A DNA stretch of 64,000 nucleotides from Desulfosoma sp. (GTDB taxonomy: Bacteria; Desulfobacterota; Syntrophobacteria; Syntrophobacterales; DSM-9756): positions 32,001 to 96,000 of the forward strand of contig JBBFKW010000010.1 of assembly GCA_037481835.1 (NCBI GenBank). Direction: 5' to 3'. The notes beneath the pieces were generated by a model. It was given only the letters and a program-made list of their open reading frames with translations, was not told the origin of the DNA and ran no database searches. The position numbers were made by a program, and so were the translations under genes. Positions within the stretch are counted from its first letter, which is position 1. Each line of letters begins with the position of its first letter. This document shows positions 47,898-57,319 of this stretch, piece by piece.

Positions 47898-49763
47898 ATG
47901 CCCGCAACCCAAACGAAAAAGCCCACGAAGTCCGCCATCTTGGGGGATCCGCCCTGGCTTTCCCCGTGGCTCATCATCGGTTCCGTGGGCCTTTTGGCCG
48001 TTATCCTGGCCGTGATCGCCTTCCGGCACCTGGATCGGGAAAAGCGTTTCATGGAGACGTCCCTTACTGCCCAAGCCCACATGCTCATGGAGTCTTTGGA
48101 AGCCGGCAGTCGCACAGGCATGATGGGCCGCATGGGCTGGGGACGAAACAACCTGCAAATGCTCATGGAACAAACAGCCCAAGAACCTCACGTGCTTTAC
48201 ATCCGCTTGGTGGATCAAAAGGGCCTCGTCGTCCTTTCCAGCAACCCGGAGGAGATGGGCCGGCAGATGCCACCTCGAAGTCCCGTGGAGGCCGGAGGAC
48301 ATGCCTTTTCGGACTTTCAGGGGAAAAAGGCTTTTGAAGTCAGCCGGCCCTACGAACCATGGGCCCGGTGCTCCGTCCCGGCGCGAGGCCCCTGTTCGGA
48401 AGATCGCGGGGGCCGCGGTCCTGGAATGGGACGCGGGCCGAGCGTGGAAAGAGCCAACCCCTTTCCCGAAGCCGGTCCCTTGCGCCTTGTGGTCGGCCTG
48501 GACGCCACTCCCCTGCAGGGCGCCCTCAGGCAGGATCTGGCCCATAACGTCCTGCTCTTGACCATCCTCTTCCTGCTCGGCGCCACAGGCCTGATCGCCC
48601 TCTTTTGGGCTCACGGGTACCGCCTGGCCCGACAGTCCCTGCGCAGCATGCAGGTCATGACCGAAGCCATCTTCGCTCGAATGCCCGTAGGGCTCATCGC
48701 CACGGACGGACAAGGCACGATCCGCCGGACCAATCCGGCCGCCCGATCGCTCCTCGGCCCCCGCGTCGCCCCAGGGGAAAGGCTCACGGCACTCCCTGCC
48801 CTGGAAGCCCTCCGAGTCCGACTGGAAAAGGGTGAAGACCCCATTGAAGACAACATCGTGTGCGGAACGGAAAGGGAAAAACCCCTGCCCCTTCTTGTCC
48901 ATGCCACCGCCATCAAGGACCCCGGCAGGGAAATGGCCGGATTCGCATTTCTGCTCTCCGACATGACGGCCGTCCACACCTTGGAACAGAAGTTGCGCCG
49001 CCACGAACGTTTGGCCGCCCTGGGCAAACTCGCCTCCGGGGTCGCCCACGAAATTCGCAACCCCCTGAGTTCCATCAAGGGGTTCGCGGCCATCCTGGCC
49101 CGCAAGGCGGGCGAGGATCCCCTGGCGCAGGACGTGGCTCGCACCATGACCCACGAAGTGGATCGACTGAATCGCGTCATTTCGGAACTCTTGGAATTCG
49201 CCCGGCCGGCGGAGCTGGATCCGAAACCGGTCCGCCTCCGGGACATCATCGAGCACAGCCTCAAACTGGTGGAAAAGGACGCCCATCATGCGGGGGTGCA
49301 CCTTGAAGTGGACATCGTGCCCCCCGACTTGGAAGCCGTTTTGGATGCCGATCGGTTCGCCCAGGTGCTTCTGAATCTTTACCTGAACGCCATTCAGGCC
49401 ATGGATCGCGGCGGCTCGCTCACTGTGCGCGCATCCATGGACCGGGGCATGTTGCGCGTCGCCGTGGAAGATACCGGGCCGGGGATCCCACCGGAAGCCC
49501 TGGGGCACATTTTCGACCCTTACTTCACGACGAAACCCAACGGCGTCGGGCTGGGCCTGTCCATCGTGCACAAGATCGTGGAGGCCCACGGTGGAGAGAT
49601 TTCCGTGGACAACAGGGCCGCGGACCACGGAAGCCGGTTCGTCATCCGTATCCCCCAAAAGGAGGCGGTGCCTACCGATCATCGGGAGGTGTACCCAGCG
49701 CAAGAAAAACCCTCACGGGAAGACGGGCTTGCAAGCCGCATATCGGCCGAGGAGGGATTTTAA
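47898..49763 (+). CDS. ZraS/AtoS-like membrane sensor kinase
   Basis: Two TM, EAGSRTGMMG periplasmic motif, PAS, AHEIRNPLSSIKG, NLYLNAIQAM, GLGL. Confidence 0.88.
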   Translation: MPATQTKKPTKSAILGDPPWLSPWLIIGSVGLLAVILAVIAFRHLDREKRFMETSLTAQAHMLMESLEAGSRTGMMGRMGWGRNNLQMLMEQTAQEPHVLYIRLVDQKGLVVLSSNPEEMGRQMPPRSPVEAGGHAFSDFQGKKAFEVSRPYEPWARCSVPARGPCSEDRGGRGPGMGRGPSVERANPFPEAGPLRLVVGLDATPLQGALRQDLAHNVLLLTILFLLGATGLIALFWAHGYRLARQSLRSMQVMTEAIFARMPVGLIATDGQGTIRRTNPAARSLLGPRVAPGERLTALPALEALRVRLEKGEDPIEDNIVCGTEREKPLPLLVHATAIKDPGREMAGFAFLLSDMTAVHTLEQKLRRHERLAALGKLASGVAHEIRNPLSSIKGFAAILARKAGEDPLAQDVARTMTHEVDRLNRVISELLEFARPAELDPKPVRLRDIIEHSLKLVEKDAHHAGVHLEVDIVPPDLEAVLDADRFAQVLLNLYLNAIQAMDRGGSLTVRASMDRGMLRVAVEDTGPGIPPEALGHIFDPYFTTKPNGVGLGLSIVHKIVEAHGGEISVDNRAADHGSRFVIRIPQKEAVPTDHREVYPAQEKPSREDGLASRISAEEGF

Positions 49764-49981
49764 GAAAAACTCATGCCTGGCGGGGGAGCGCCGGCCTCCA
49801 GGCGGATATTCATTGAAAGCGGGTCCCTGATGTTGGAATGGCCGCTTTAACCATAAAGGTCGCTCCTGCGCCGACTCCGCGGGGAGGACAAACCGGGGGC
49901 CGTCTGACACGGCCTTGGTTATCTTGTGTTGAGCGAAGAAAACCCCGACACGACCCCAGCGCAATGCACGTTGGAGGAAGA

Positions 49982-51379
49982 ATGAAACGGATCGCTTCCG
50001 CTCATGTTCTTGTGGTCGACGACGACCCGGCCCATCGCCTCATGCTCACCACACTCCTTTCAGACTGGGGGTATCGGGTCAAGGAAGCCGACGGGGGGGC
50101 CTCCGCCGTGAGCAAGGTTCAGGAAGAACCCTTGGATGCGGTGATCATGGACGTGCGCATGCCGGACATGGACGGCATCGAAGCCACACGGCGCATCCAC
50201 CAATACAACCCGGCCCTGCCGGTGATTATCCTCACGGCCTTTTCTTCCGTCCCGTCGGCCGTGGAAGCCCTCAAAGCCGGCGCCTACGACTACCTCACCA
50301 AACCTCTGGATTTCGATGCCCTGCGTCTGGCCTTGGACCGGGCTCTGGAGCACACCCACCTGCGCACGGAAAATCAAGAACTGCGCGAGCAACTGGCCCG
50401 GCTGCGCCTGCCGGAAATCATCGGCAAGAGCGCCGCCATGGAACGTCTCGTGGAATTGCTGGCTTTGGTGGCCCCCAGTGAAGCCACGGTGCTCATCACG
50501 GGGGAAAGCGGGACCGGCAAAGGTCTGGTGGCCCGAGCCATCCACGCCAACAGCCGGCGCAGCCGAGGGCCCCTCGTGGAAGTGAACTGCGCCGCCATTC
50601 CCGAAAACCTCATGGAAACCGAACTGTTCGGCCACGACAAAGGCGCCTTCACCGGAGCGGACAAGGCCCGCCGGGGACGCTTCGCCCAGGCCGACGGCGG
50701 CACGATTTTCCTCGACGAGGTGGGCGAGCTGTCCCTGCCCATGCAGGCTAAGCTCCTGAGGGTCCTCCAGGACGGGCAGATTCAGCGGGTGGGAAGCGAT
50801 GAGCCCATCAAGGTGGATGTGCGCATTCTGGCCGCCACCAACAAAGACCTGAAACGCATGACCGAAGAAGGCTCATTCCGCGAGGACCTTTTCTACCGGC
50901 TCAATGTGGTCGCCGTGGACGTGCCGCCCCTTCGCCAGCGCAAGGAAGACATCCCGCTGCTGGTGGATCATTTCCTGCGCACCTTCGCCGAAAAGAACAA
51001 AAGAACCGTTCGGGGGATCACCCCTCGGGCCATGGACCTGCTGCTCAAGTACGATTGGCCGGGCAACGTGCGGGAGCTGGAAAACGTCATGGAAAGGGCC
51101 GTCATCCTGCTCCGCGGCGAATACCTCACCGAGGCCGAATTGCCCCTGCACCTTCAAAGACCCGAACCGTCCGGCCCTTCGACGCCTGAAAGCGAAGCCT
51201 CACCGCATGACGCCGCCCTCCTTCCGTCGCTCACCCTGGCGGAAATGGAAAGACGCCTCATCGAAAAGGTGCTGGAAGAAACGGGCGGGAACAAGAGCGA
51301 AGCGGCCCGGCGCCTGGGCATCACCCGCCGAACACTCAAGCTCAAGCTGAAAAAGTACGCGGAAGAAGCCCCGCACTGA
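49982..51379 (+). CDS. ZraR/AtoC-like sigma-54 response regulator
   Basis: Receiver, GESGTGK, GAFTGA, WPGNVRELEN, HTH. Confidence 0.92.
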   Translation: MKRIASAHVLVVDDDPAHRLMLTTLLSDWGYRVKEADGGASAVSKVQEEPLDAVIMDVRMPDMDGIEATRRIHQYNPALPVIILTAFSSVPSAVEALKAGAYDYLTKPLDFDALRLALDRALEHTHLRTENQELREQLARLRLPEIIGKSAAMERLVELLALVAPSEATVLITGESGTGKGLVARAIHANSRRSRGPLVEVNCAAIPENLMETELFGHDKGAFTGADKARRGRFAQADGGTIFLDEVGELSLPMQAKLLRVLQDGQIQRVGSDEPIKVDVRILAATNKDLKRMTEEGSFREDLFYRLNVVAVDVPPLRQRKEDIPLLVDHFLRTFAEKNKRTVRGITPRAMDLLLKYDWPGNVRELENVMERAVILLRGEYLTEAELPLHLQRPEPSGPSTPESEASPHDAALLPSLTLAEMERRLIEKVLEETGGNKSEAARRLGITRRTLKLKLKKYAEEAPH

Positions 51380-51520
51380 GCGCCCCCCTTCACTTTCGCC
51401 CTTGATTTGCCCCCCAAAGATACGGTAAGCATTATTTGTATGAAGGGTTTCTCGAGGTATGATCCGGAAGGGCACGGCCCCCAGGCGCACACGATCCCAT
51501 GGGAAAAGGAGCCACGGCTC

Positions 51521-52011
51521 ATGATCACGCTGTCGACACGAAGCCGCTACGGAACCCGCTTCTTGATGTCTCTTGCGCGACACCGCGGCGAAAATTTGGT
51601 GCAAATCGCCGACATTGCCAGGGATCAGGGAATTTCGGCCAAGTACCTGGAGCAGATCGCCCTTGTCTTGAAAAAGGCGGGGATCGTCGAAACCGTGCGC
51701 GGCCGGGGGGCGGTCATCGCCTCGCCAAGGACCCGGAGGAGATCACGCTCGCTGAGGTGGTTTCCGTCCTTGAAGGAGGACGCGGCCTCGTCCGGTGCGT
51801 CAGCCAGCCGAGCCCCTGTACCCGGGCGCCCCGGTGCGCTCCTCGGCTGATTTGGCAGGAAATTTCCCAAACGATTTTCGACAAGCTGAGCTTGTATACC
51901 TTGGGGGACCTCCTCCGGCTGGAAGATAGGCTCATGACTGGAGTAAAGGAGCCTCAAGAAGAACAGCCTGCAACCTTCTACTGCCCTTCCTCGCCCTGGT
52001 CCGTCATGTAA
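51521..52011 (+). pseudogene. Rrf2/IscR-family regulator split by a 1-bp frameshift
   Basis: MITLSTRSRYG..ISAKYLEQI..VRG in one frame, GGGHRLA..C-x6-C-x5-C..TLGDL in another; break at G6 run 51705-51710. Confidence 0.85.
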
Positions 52012-52104
52012 TGCAGCAAAAGCCGGTTTACCTTCTCGAACGGCACGGGCGGCCCCCGGCGTCGACAGCTGCGCCGGGGACCGCCGTCCGGACGGTCGGC
52101 CTTG

Positions 52105-52516
52105 GAGCTTGTCCGTGATGGGTGTGGGGGTTCGCTGCGCTCACCCCAACCTAGATCTCGCCAGCCGGTATCATAGGAAAATGCGTAGGTTGGGGTGAGC
52201 GAAGCGAACCCCAACATGCGTCTCGCCGGCCGGTATCATAAACAAACCCGTAGGTTGGGGTGAGCGAAGCGAACCCCAACACACATCTCGCCAGCCGACA
52301 TCATGAAAAAACCCGTAGGTTGGGGTGAGCGAAGCGAACCCCAACGTGCGTCTCGCCGGCCGGTATCATAAACAAACCCGTAGGTTGGGGTGAGTGAAGC
52401 GAACCCCAACGTGCTTTCGGCCCGGCGAGACAACCAAGCATGAGAGTCCGCCCTTCTAAGACCCTGAGCTCGACTCTCATGCACACATCCCTAATGGACC
52501 CTTGTCGGCCACGGTC
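52105..52516. mobile_element. MITE-like element enclosing the REP array
   Basis: Left gagcttgtccgtgat after cttg; degenerate right end ttgtcggccacggtc before ctag; related to ends at 277, 1932, 1987, 58823. Confidence 0.4.
52124..52410. repeat. REP array: one inverted copy plus four direct 31-bp copies at 65-bp period
   Basis: GTAGGTTGGGGTGAGCGAAGCGAACCCCAAC at 52185, 52250, 52315 and (one substitution) 52380; 34-bp linkers mutually similar. Confidence 0.92.
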
Positions 52517-52816
52517 CTAGTAGGCGCTCAGGAACTCATCGAGGACATCCACGCTCTTTCTTTCCACCACGACGTCGAAGATCTTGTCCTTCACCTGCCT
52601 CGGTAACAACTCAATGCTCTTGGTGGTCGCCGAATCGAACTTGGCGGTGGGAAACACCTTGAGGATCTTGTCTCTTTGCGCAGCGTTGGCATAGACCCGG
52701 ATCACCTTCATCCCAGCCAGCATTTCCTCGCACATGTGGGCCAAACCCGCTTCTTTGAGCTTCTCGTAGCGTTCTTCGTTGACCCAAATGTTAATGGGGT
52801 ATTTTTCCTCGGCCAT
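52517..52816 (-). CDS. Small protein of unknown function downstream of sat
   Basis: 99 aa, aggaggt RBS, 14 bp after sat stop. Confidence 0.8.
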   Translation of the reverse strand: MAEEKYPINIWVNEERYEKLKEAGLAHMCEEMLAGMKVIRVYANAAQRDKILKVFPTAKFDSATTKSIELLPRQVKDKIFDVVVERKSVDVLDEFLSAY

Positions 52817-52830
52817 GACCTCACCTCCTG

Positions 52831-54090
52831 TCAGCCCGCCAAAGGCGGAATGGTGAAAACGGGCGTCCTCTTTGCCAGGTATTCGTCGGTGACGAACGGG
52901 GATCCGAAGCCGTATTTTTCGGCGCATTCCATGACCAGATCGAAAACTTCCGGCCGGAAGATGAGCCGAGGCGGCTTGACACCGTCTTCGACGATGCTGC
53001 GGATCAGGGTGCCGCTGAACTTTTGCCATTCGCTCTTGTGGTTGCACAGCCCCTCACTGGTAATTTCCCCGCAATGCGGGCAATAGAGCCAGTTCATGGA
53101 ATAGACAGGGGTGATGTTCAGTTCGTCCTGCACCGTGGCCAGCAGGTGATGGGCGTCATACGGCCCGTAATAGGTTCCGACGCCCGCATGATCTCGGCCG
53201 TACATGTGGTGAGTCAGCCCCAAGTTGGTGCGCAGGGCGGCATGGAAGACGGCTTCCTTGGGCCCGGCATAGCGCATGTCCCAAAACGTCAAGGACGTCA
53301 TGTGGTTGTGATCGCCGAAGTAGCCTGATTTGCGCAGTTCGTCTTGGGTCAAGATGATGGCTTCGTCGATGTAGTCCCCTTTGCGCTTTTCGCCGATGAT
53401 GGCGTTCACCAGCACGCCCACCAAAGGCTTTTCGATGGGCAGTTCCGCGTAGGTCTGGAACCACGCCCCTTTCATGAGCCATTCATGCCCCGTGTGGGGG
53501 ACGTTGCGGGTCTGATGGGCCACAATGCGCTGCCAGCCCTTTTCTCGGAACCGCTTGCGCATCTCCAAGGGGGGGATGAAGTACGGGTCGAACGGGGGGT
53601 TGATCTTGGGCGGCGTGACCAGGGTGATGTCTCCGCCCAGAAATTTATCCTTGTAGGCATACGTCCGCGCGCATCCCGGATGCTTGCTTTCCGCCGTCCC
53701 GAAAATGGACTGGCACATGGCTTCCTTGTCGTAGGTGTAGATTTCCCGGATTTCGAAAATGGCCATGGGGTTGTCATGGTAGGTGAGGCAAATGGTATCG
53801 CCTTCCTTAATGCCGTAGTCGGAAAGCTCCTGGTCGGACATGTCGAACAGGATGGGAATGCTCCATACGGTCCCATCCTTCAGCCGCATCTTCTTCACCA
53901 CCGAATCCAGGTCTTCCTTGCCCATGAAACCCGTCAGAGGGCAAAAGAAGCCGTAGGCGATCCCAATGACTTCGTTGGCGATCTGACTCCGGACCGGCAC
54001 TTGTTTCAGTCCCCGCACCTTGGCGGGAGCCTCCTTGGGGTCCAGAATCCGTTCCACAATCTCTTTTCCGCCGTGCCCGATTTCAGCCAT
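52831..54090 (-). CDS. sat: Sulfate adenylyltransferase
   Basis: PLTGFM, WSIPI, HPG, QTRNVPHTGHE, MRYAGPKEA, GRDHAGVG, SGT, RPEV. Confidence 0.95.
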   Translation of the reverse strand: MAEIGHGGKEIVERILDPKEAPAKVRGLKQVPVRSQIANEVIGIAYGFFCPLTGFMGKEDLDSVVKKMRLKDGTVWSIPILFDMSDQELSDYGIKEGDTICLTYHDNPMAIFEIREIYTYDKEAMCQSIFGTAESKHPGCARTYAYKDKFLGGDITLVTPPKINPPFDPYFIPPLEMRKRFREKGWQRIVAHQTRNVPHTGHEWLMKGAWFQTYAELPIEKPLVGVLVNAIIGEKRKGDYIDEAIILTQDELRKSGYFGDHNHMTSLTFWDMRYAGPKEAVFHAALRTNLGLTHHMYGRDHAGVGTYYGPYDAHHLLATVQDELNITPVYSMNWLYCPHCGEITSEGLCNHKSEWQKFSGTLIRSIVEDGVKPPRLIFRPEVFDLVMECAEKYGFGSPFVTDEYLAKRTPVFTIPPLAG

Positions 54091-54541
54091 GATGCACCTC
54101 TCCTGTCTCGCCGTCCCGTCACTTGTGCCTTGCCTGGAGCAGGCAGGTCCTCCAGCCTGAGAAATCTTCTCGCCCATCACCCCCTTTCCCGGACAATGTG
54201 CCGTCGCCGCGCGCGGCGAGCGGGTCGCTTTGGCCCAGATGCGGGCCTTTGGGCTCTATGGGCCTAGGGCATGATCCCCACGGGCCCCTGGCTGGCTTCC
54301 CGGAAGCGTGCATGAGGGCACCGCGGCCGCACAAGAGACTCGACAAAGAAATCGAACACAGGCATACATAAACGGACGTGGAATTCTCGCTCAGGAGGTG
54401 CCCTCACACCCCCTGGATTCCAGCTTGGTATCATTTTAGTTCTTTTTTTCTCAAATGGTCAACGGCCAAGAACGAGGTTTCTTTCTCAGGGACGACACCT
54501 CAGGCTGGGCGCGGCGGCAAAGGGCGGAAAGGAGGGAGATC

Positions 54542-54964
54542 ATGTTTTTGAAGAAGGTGGACATCTTCGAAGGGCTGAGCGCGGACGTTCTGGAACGGAT
54601 TGAAGCCATGGCCGTGGAAGAACAGGTTCCCGAGGGCCATATCCTTTTTCGAGCGGGGGAACCGGCCGCGTTCCTGTACGTCCTTAAAGACGGTCAGGTG
54701 GCGCTGACCACGGGCGGGGCGGCCCCCATCACATTTCCCATCGGTGAGCCCGGGGCCGTTTTCGGCTGGTCGGCTCTCGTGGAACCCCGCACCTACACGG
54801 CCACCTCGGAAAGCACCATGCCCACTACGGTCCTCAAGCTGGACGGCATGGCTCTGCTGCAGCTTTTTGAAGAACATCCCAAGGACGGCTTGCTGGCACT
54901 GCGCCGGCTGGCCCGGGTGATGGCTTCACGCCTGAAGGCCAGTTACGAGCGCTTCGCCCGATGA
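54542..54964 (+). CDS. Stand-alone cyclic nucleotide-binding domain protein
   Basis: LFRAGEPA..LYVL..G, GAVFGWSAL..YTAT; no HTH. Confidence 0.82.
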   Translation: MFLKKVDIFEGLSADVLERIEAMAVEEQVPEGHILFRAGEPAAFLYVLKDGQVALTTGGAAPITFPIGEPGAVFGWSALVEPRTYTATSESTMPTTVLKLDGMALLQLFEEHPKDGLLALRRLARVMASRLKASYERFAR

Positions 54965-54965
54965 T

Positions 54966-55844
54966 TCAATCGCAGGCGTTGACGGTGCAGCTCCCGCCCG
55001 GCTCACCGGGAAGGAGCAGGGGGTGGGCCTCGGGAGCCTCGAAGGGATCCCGCAAGACGCTCAGGAGGTAGGGGGAAACATCGGAACCCGTTACAATCCG
55101 CCCTCCATGAACGATGAACGGCACGTAAGGAAGCCCCCGTTTCATGCAGAAAGCGTTGTTGGCCCGGACCACGGTCAGCGTGGACAGCAGGCACCGAGCT
55201 CGATCTTTCAAGCCCGTGCAGGTACGACAATGGTCTCGGACCAACGCCCACACGGAAGTGAGGCTCCAGGCCTCGGGGCACAGGCGGACCCGATTGTTCG
55301 CTTCCATTTTTTCGAGCAATTCCAAAACACTGTGGCAGTGCCGGCAGGTGGGTTCGAAGAAAAGGTACAGCGTTTGGTCGTCAGCGCTTACTTGGGAAAA
55401 GGGCGACTCGCTGCAGGCGCACACCGCTCGACTGAGCGGGACGAAGGTCACGGCGGCGCACAGGGTGGCTCCGGCCATGGCCCATGCCGTTTTTTTCGCC
55501 AACGGCCCCATGAGGAACCCGGCCAGGATGACGAAGAGAAGGAATAGGGCCGTGTAGCCCAAACACGCCGGGCAGTAGAGGTTCAGGAGGACCTGGGTGA
55601 GCACCAGAGCGCTTTCCACGGCCATGCCGACAAGGATGATTGCCCCTAGGAAGGTGGGCCGAAAGCGGAAGGCACCGAGGAGCATCAGGGCGTAAGCCGC
55701 CCCGGCCCACCACAGGGCCGGTTTTTGCAGGGCACGGCATCCCAGAGACTCGCACAGAACCTGCCCCGATCCGAGGGCGTTGATGAGGCTGTAGAGGAGC
55801 ATGACGAAGCCCACGGCATAGACGGCGGTCTGTCTCTTGCGCAT
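54966..55844 (-). CDS. VKOR-like membrane domain fused to thioredoxin-like domain
   Basis: CESLGC loop, YCPAC in TM, then FFEPTCRHC and VPFI; start uncertain. Confidence 0.6.
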   Translation of the reverse strand: MRKRQTAVYAVGFVMLLYSLINALGSGQVLCESLGCRALQKPALWWAGAAYALMLLGAFRFRPTFLGAIILVGMAVESALVLTQVLLNLYCPACLGYTALFLLFVILAGFLMGPLAKKTAWAMAGATLCAAVTFVPLSRAVCACSESPFSQVSADDQTLYLFFEPTCRHCHSVLELLEKMEANNRVRLCPEAWSLTSVWALVRDHCRTCTGLKDRARCLLSTLTVVRANNAFCMKRGLPYVPFIVHGGRIVTGSDVSPYLLSVLRDPFEAPEAHPLLLPGEPGGSCTVNACD

Positions 55845-56027
55845 AACGAGGAACACTCCCGCGATAAGGTTATGGGCGTCTGAGAGGTGGCGCTCTCGCA
55901 AGGATGTTGTCATCTCAAGGCGTTTATGTCAATCATGCAGCCGCCGAAGGCGCACCGGCGTTATGGAAGTCGGATCTTGGGCCCCAGAACTTAAATCGAG
56001 CGAAAAGCTTAAGGAAGGGAGGTCCTT

Positions 56028-56711
56028 ATGAGCGTCACGGTCACCTGGTACAGCCATGCGTGCATTCTCATCGAAACGCAGGGGACACATCTCTTGGTCG
56101 ATCCGTTTTTGACGGGAAACCCTTTGGCCACCGTGAGCGCGGACGAGGTGCCCGCCGACTACATTTTCGTCTCCCACGGCCATGGCGATCATTTGGGAGA
56201 CACGGTGTCCATCGCCAAGCGCACCGGAGCCACGGTGATTTCCAACTTTGAAATCGCCAACTGGCTGTCGGCCCAGGGGCTGACAAAGCTCCATCCCCAT
56301 CACATCGGCGGCGGATCCAACCACCCGTGGGGGCGGGTGAAACTGACCATCGCCCATCACGGATCGGCCTTGCCCGATGGATCCTACGGCGGCAATCCCT
56401 GCGGGTTTCTTTTCAGCGTAGGCGGTGTCAAGATTTATCATGCGTGCGATACCGGTCTTTTCTACGATATGGCCCTCATCGGCGAAGAAGGGGTCGACCT
56501 GGCGATCCTGCCCATCGGGGACAATTTCACCATGGGGCCTGACGACGCCCTGCGTTCGGTCAAGCTCATCAAACCCGCCAAGGTGTTGCCCATTCACTAC
56601 GATACGTTCGACATCATCCGTCAAGATCCCACCGTGTGGAAGGAACGGGTGGAAAAAGAGACGTCCACGCATGTGGTACTCTTGAAACCAGGAGAAAGCG
56701 TGGTCCTTTAA
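56028..56711 (+). CDS. Metal-dependent hydrolase (UPF0173, MBL fold)
   Basis: DPFLTGNP, SHGHGDH, YHACDT, LPIGDNFTM, PIHYDTF. Confidence 0.9.
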   Translation: MSVTVTWYSHACILIETQGTHLLVDPFLTGNPLATVSADEVPADYIFVSHGHGDHLGDTVSIAKRTGATVISNFEIANWLSAQGLTKLHPHHIGGGSNHPWGRVKLTIAHHGSALPDGSYGGNPCGFLFSVGGVKIYHACDTGLFYDMALIGEEGVDLAILPIGDNFTMGPDDALRSVKLIKPAKVLPIHYDTFDIIRQDPTVWKERVEKETSTHVVLLKPGESVVL

Positions 56712-56984
56712 TCCGGCCTTTCAATGTGTTTGACACGGGCGCGAAGGTGTGTCATGGTCGGCCCACATCCTGGCATACCCCAGGTCGCCAGGGAACCGTC
56801 TTCGGCACGCCTTGAAGATCGCGCCCGCCACGCATGGTTCTCCTCGATCCGTCCGGCTCGCGCCGGGTTTTCCGGGATGCGCAGAAGCGTCACCGAGGCG
56901 TTCGGTGATGGGCCGGTCCTTCGTTCTCGTGGTTGGAAACGACCGGCCCTCCATTTCATGAAACCACGCGCAAAGGACAAAAGC

Positions 56985-57257
56985 ATGAATCTTTACGTCG
57001 GGAATCTCGCCTACAGTGTCACGGAAGATGATTTGCGGGCTGCCTTCGCCAAGTACGGCGAAGTGAGCAGCGTCAATATCATCATCGATCGACACACCGG
57101 ACAATCCAAGGGGTTCGGCTTTGTGGAAATGCCGCTGAACGCCGACGCCGACAAGGCCATCAAGGGCCTGAACGGCGCGGACCTCAAGGGGCGCACCCTC
57201 AAAGTCAACCAAGCGAAGCCGCGGCCCAGCCGCCCTTCCCGCGGACCGCGCTATTAG
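56985..57257 (+). CDS. RRM RNA-binding protein
   Basis: RNP2 LYVGNL, RNP1 KGFGFVEM. Confidence 0.92.
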   Translation: MNLYVGNLAYSVTEDDLRAAFAKYGEVSSVNIIIDRHTGQSKGFGFVEMPLNADADKAIKGLNGADLKGRTLKVNQAKPRPSRPSRGPRY

Positions 57258-57286
57258 GAGGCGAACGGTTCCCCAAGGATCCTGAG

Positions 57287-57319
57287 AACGCCTCGGTGTG
57301 GCCACACCGAGGCGTTTTT
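57287..57319 (+). terminator. Intrinsic terminator between convergent genes
   Basis: Perfect 30-bp palindrome aacgcctcggtgtggccacaccgaggcgtt followed by ttt. Confidence 0.8.

Noticed and set aside
47604..49703. 699-aa minus-strand ORF
   Set aside because: Antisense shadow of the sensor kinase; no motifs
49764..49981. ncRNA between kinase and regulator
   Set aside because: Appears to be degenerate REP-like debris (tgagcgaagaaaaccccgac); no coherent structure seen
52185..52410. CRISPR array
   Set aside because: Spacers are near copies of each other, the repeat occurs dispersed and inverted elsewhere, and no cas genes are in the window
54313..54406. tgagggcacc..ggtgccctca inverted repeat upstream of sat
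   Set aside because: Single 10-bp pair with a long spacer and no further support; plausible by chance
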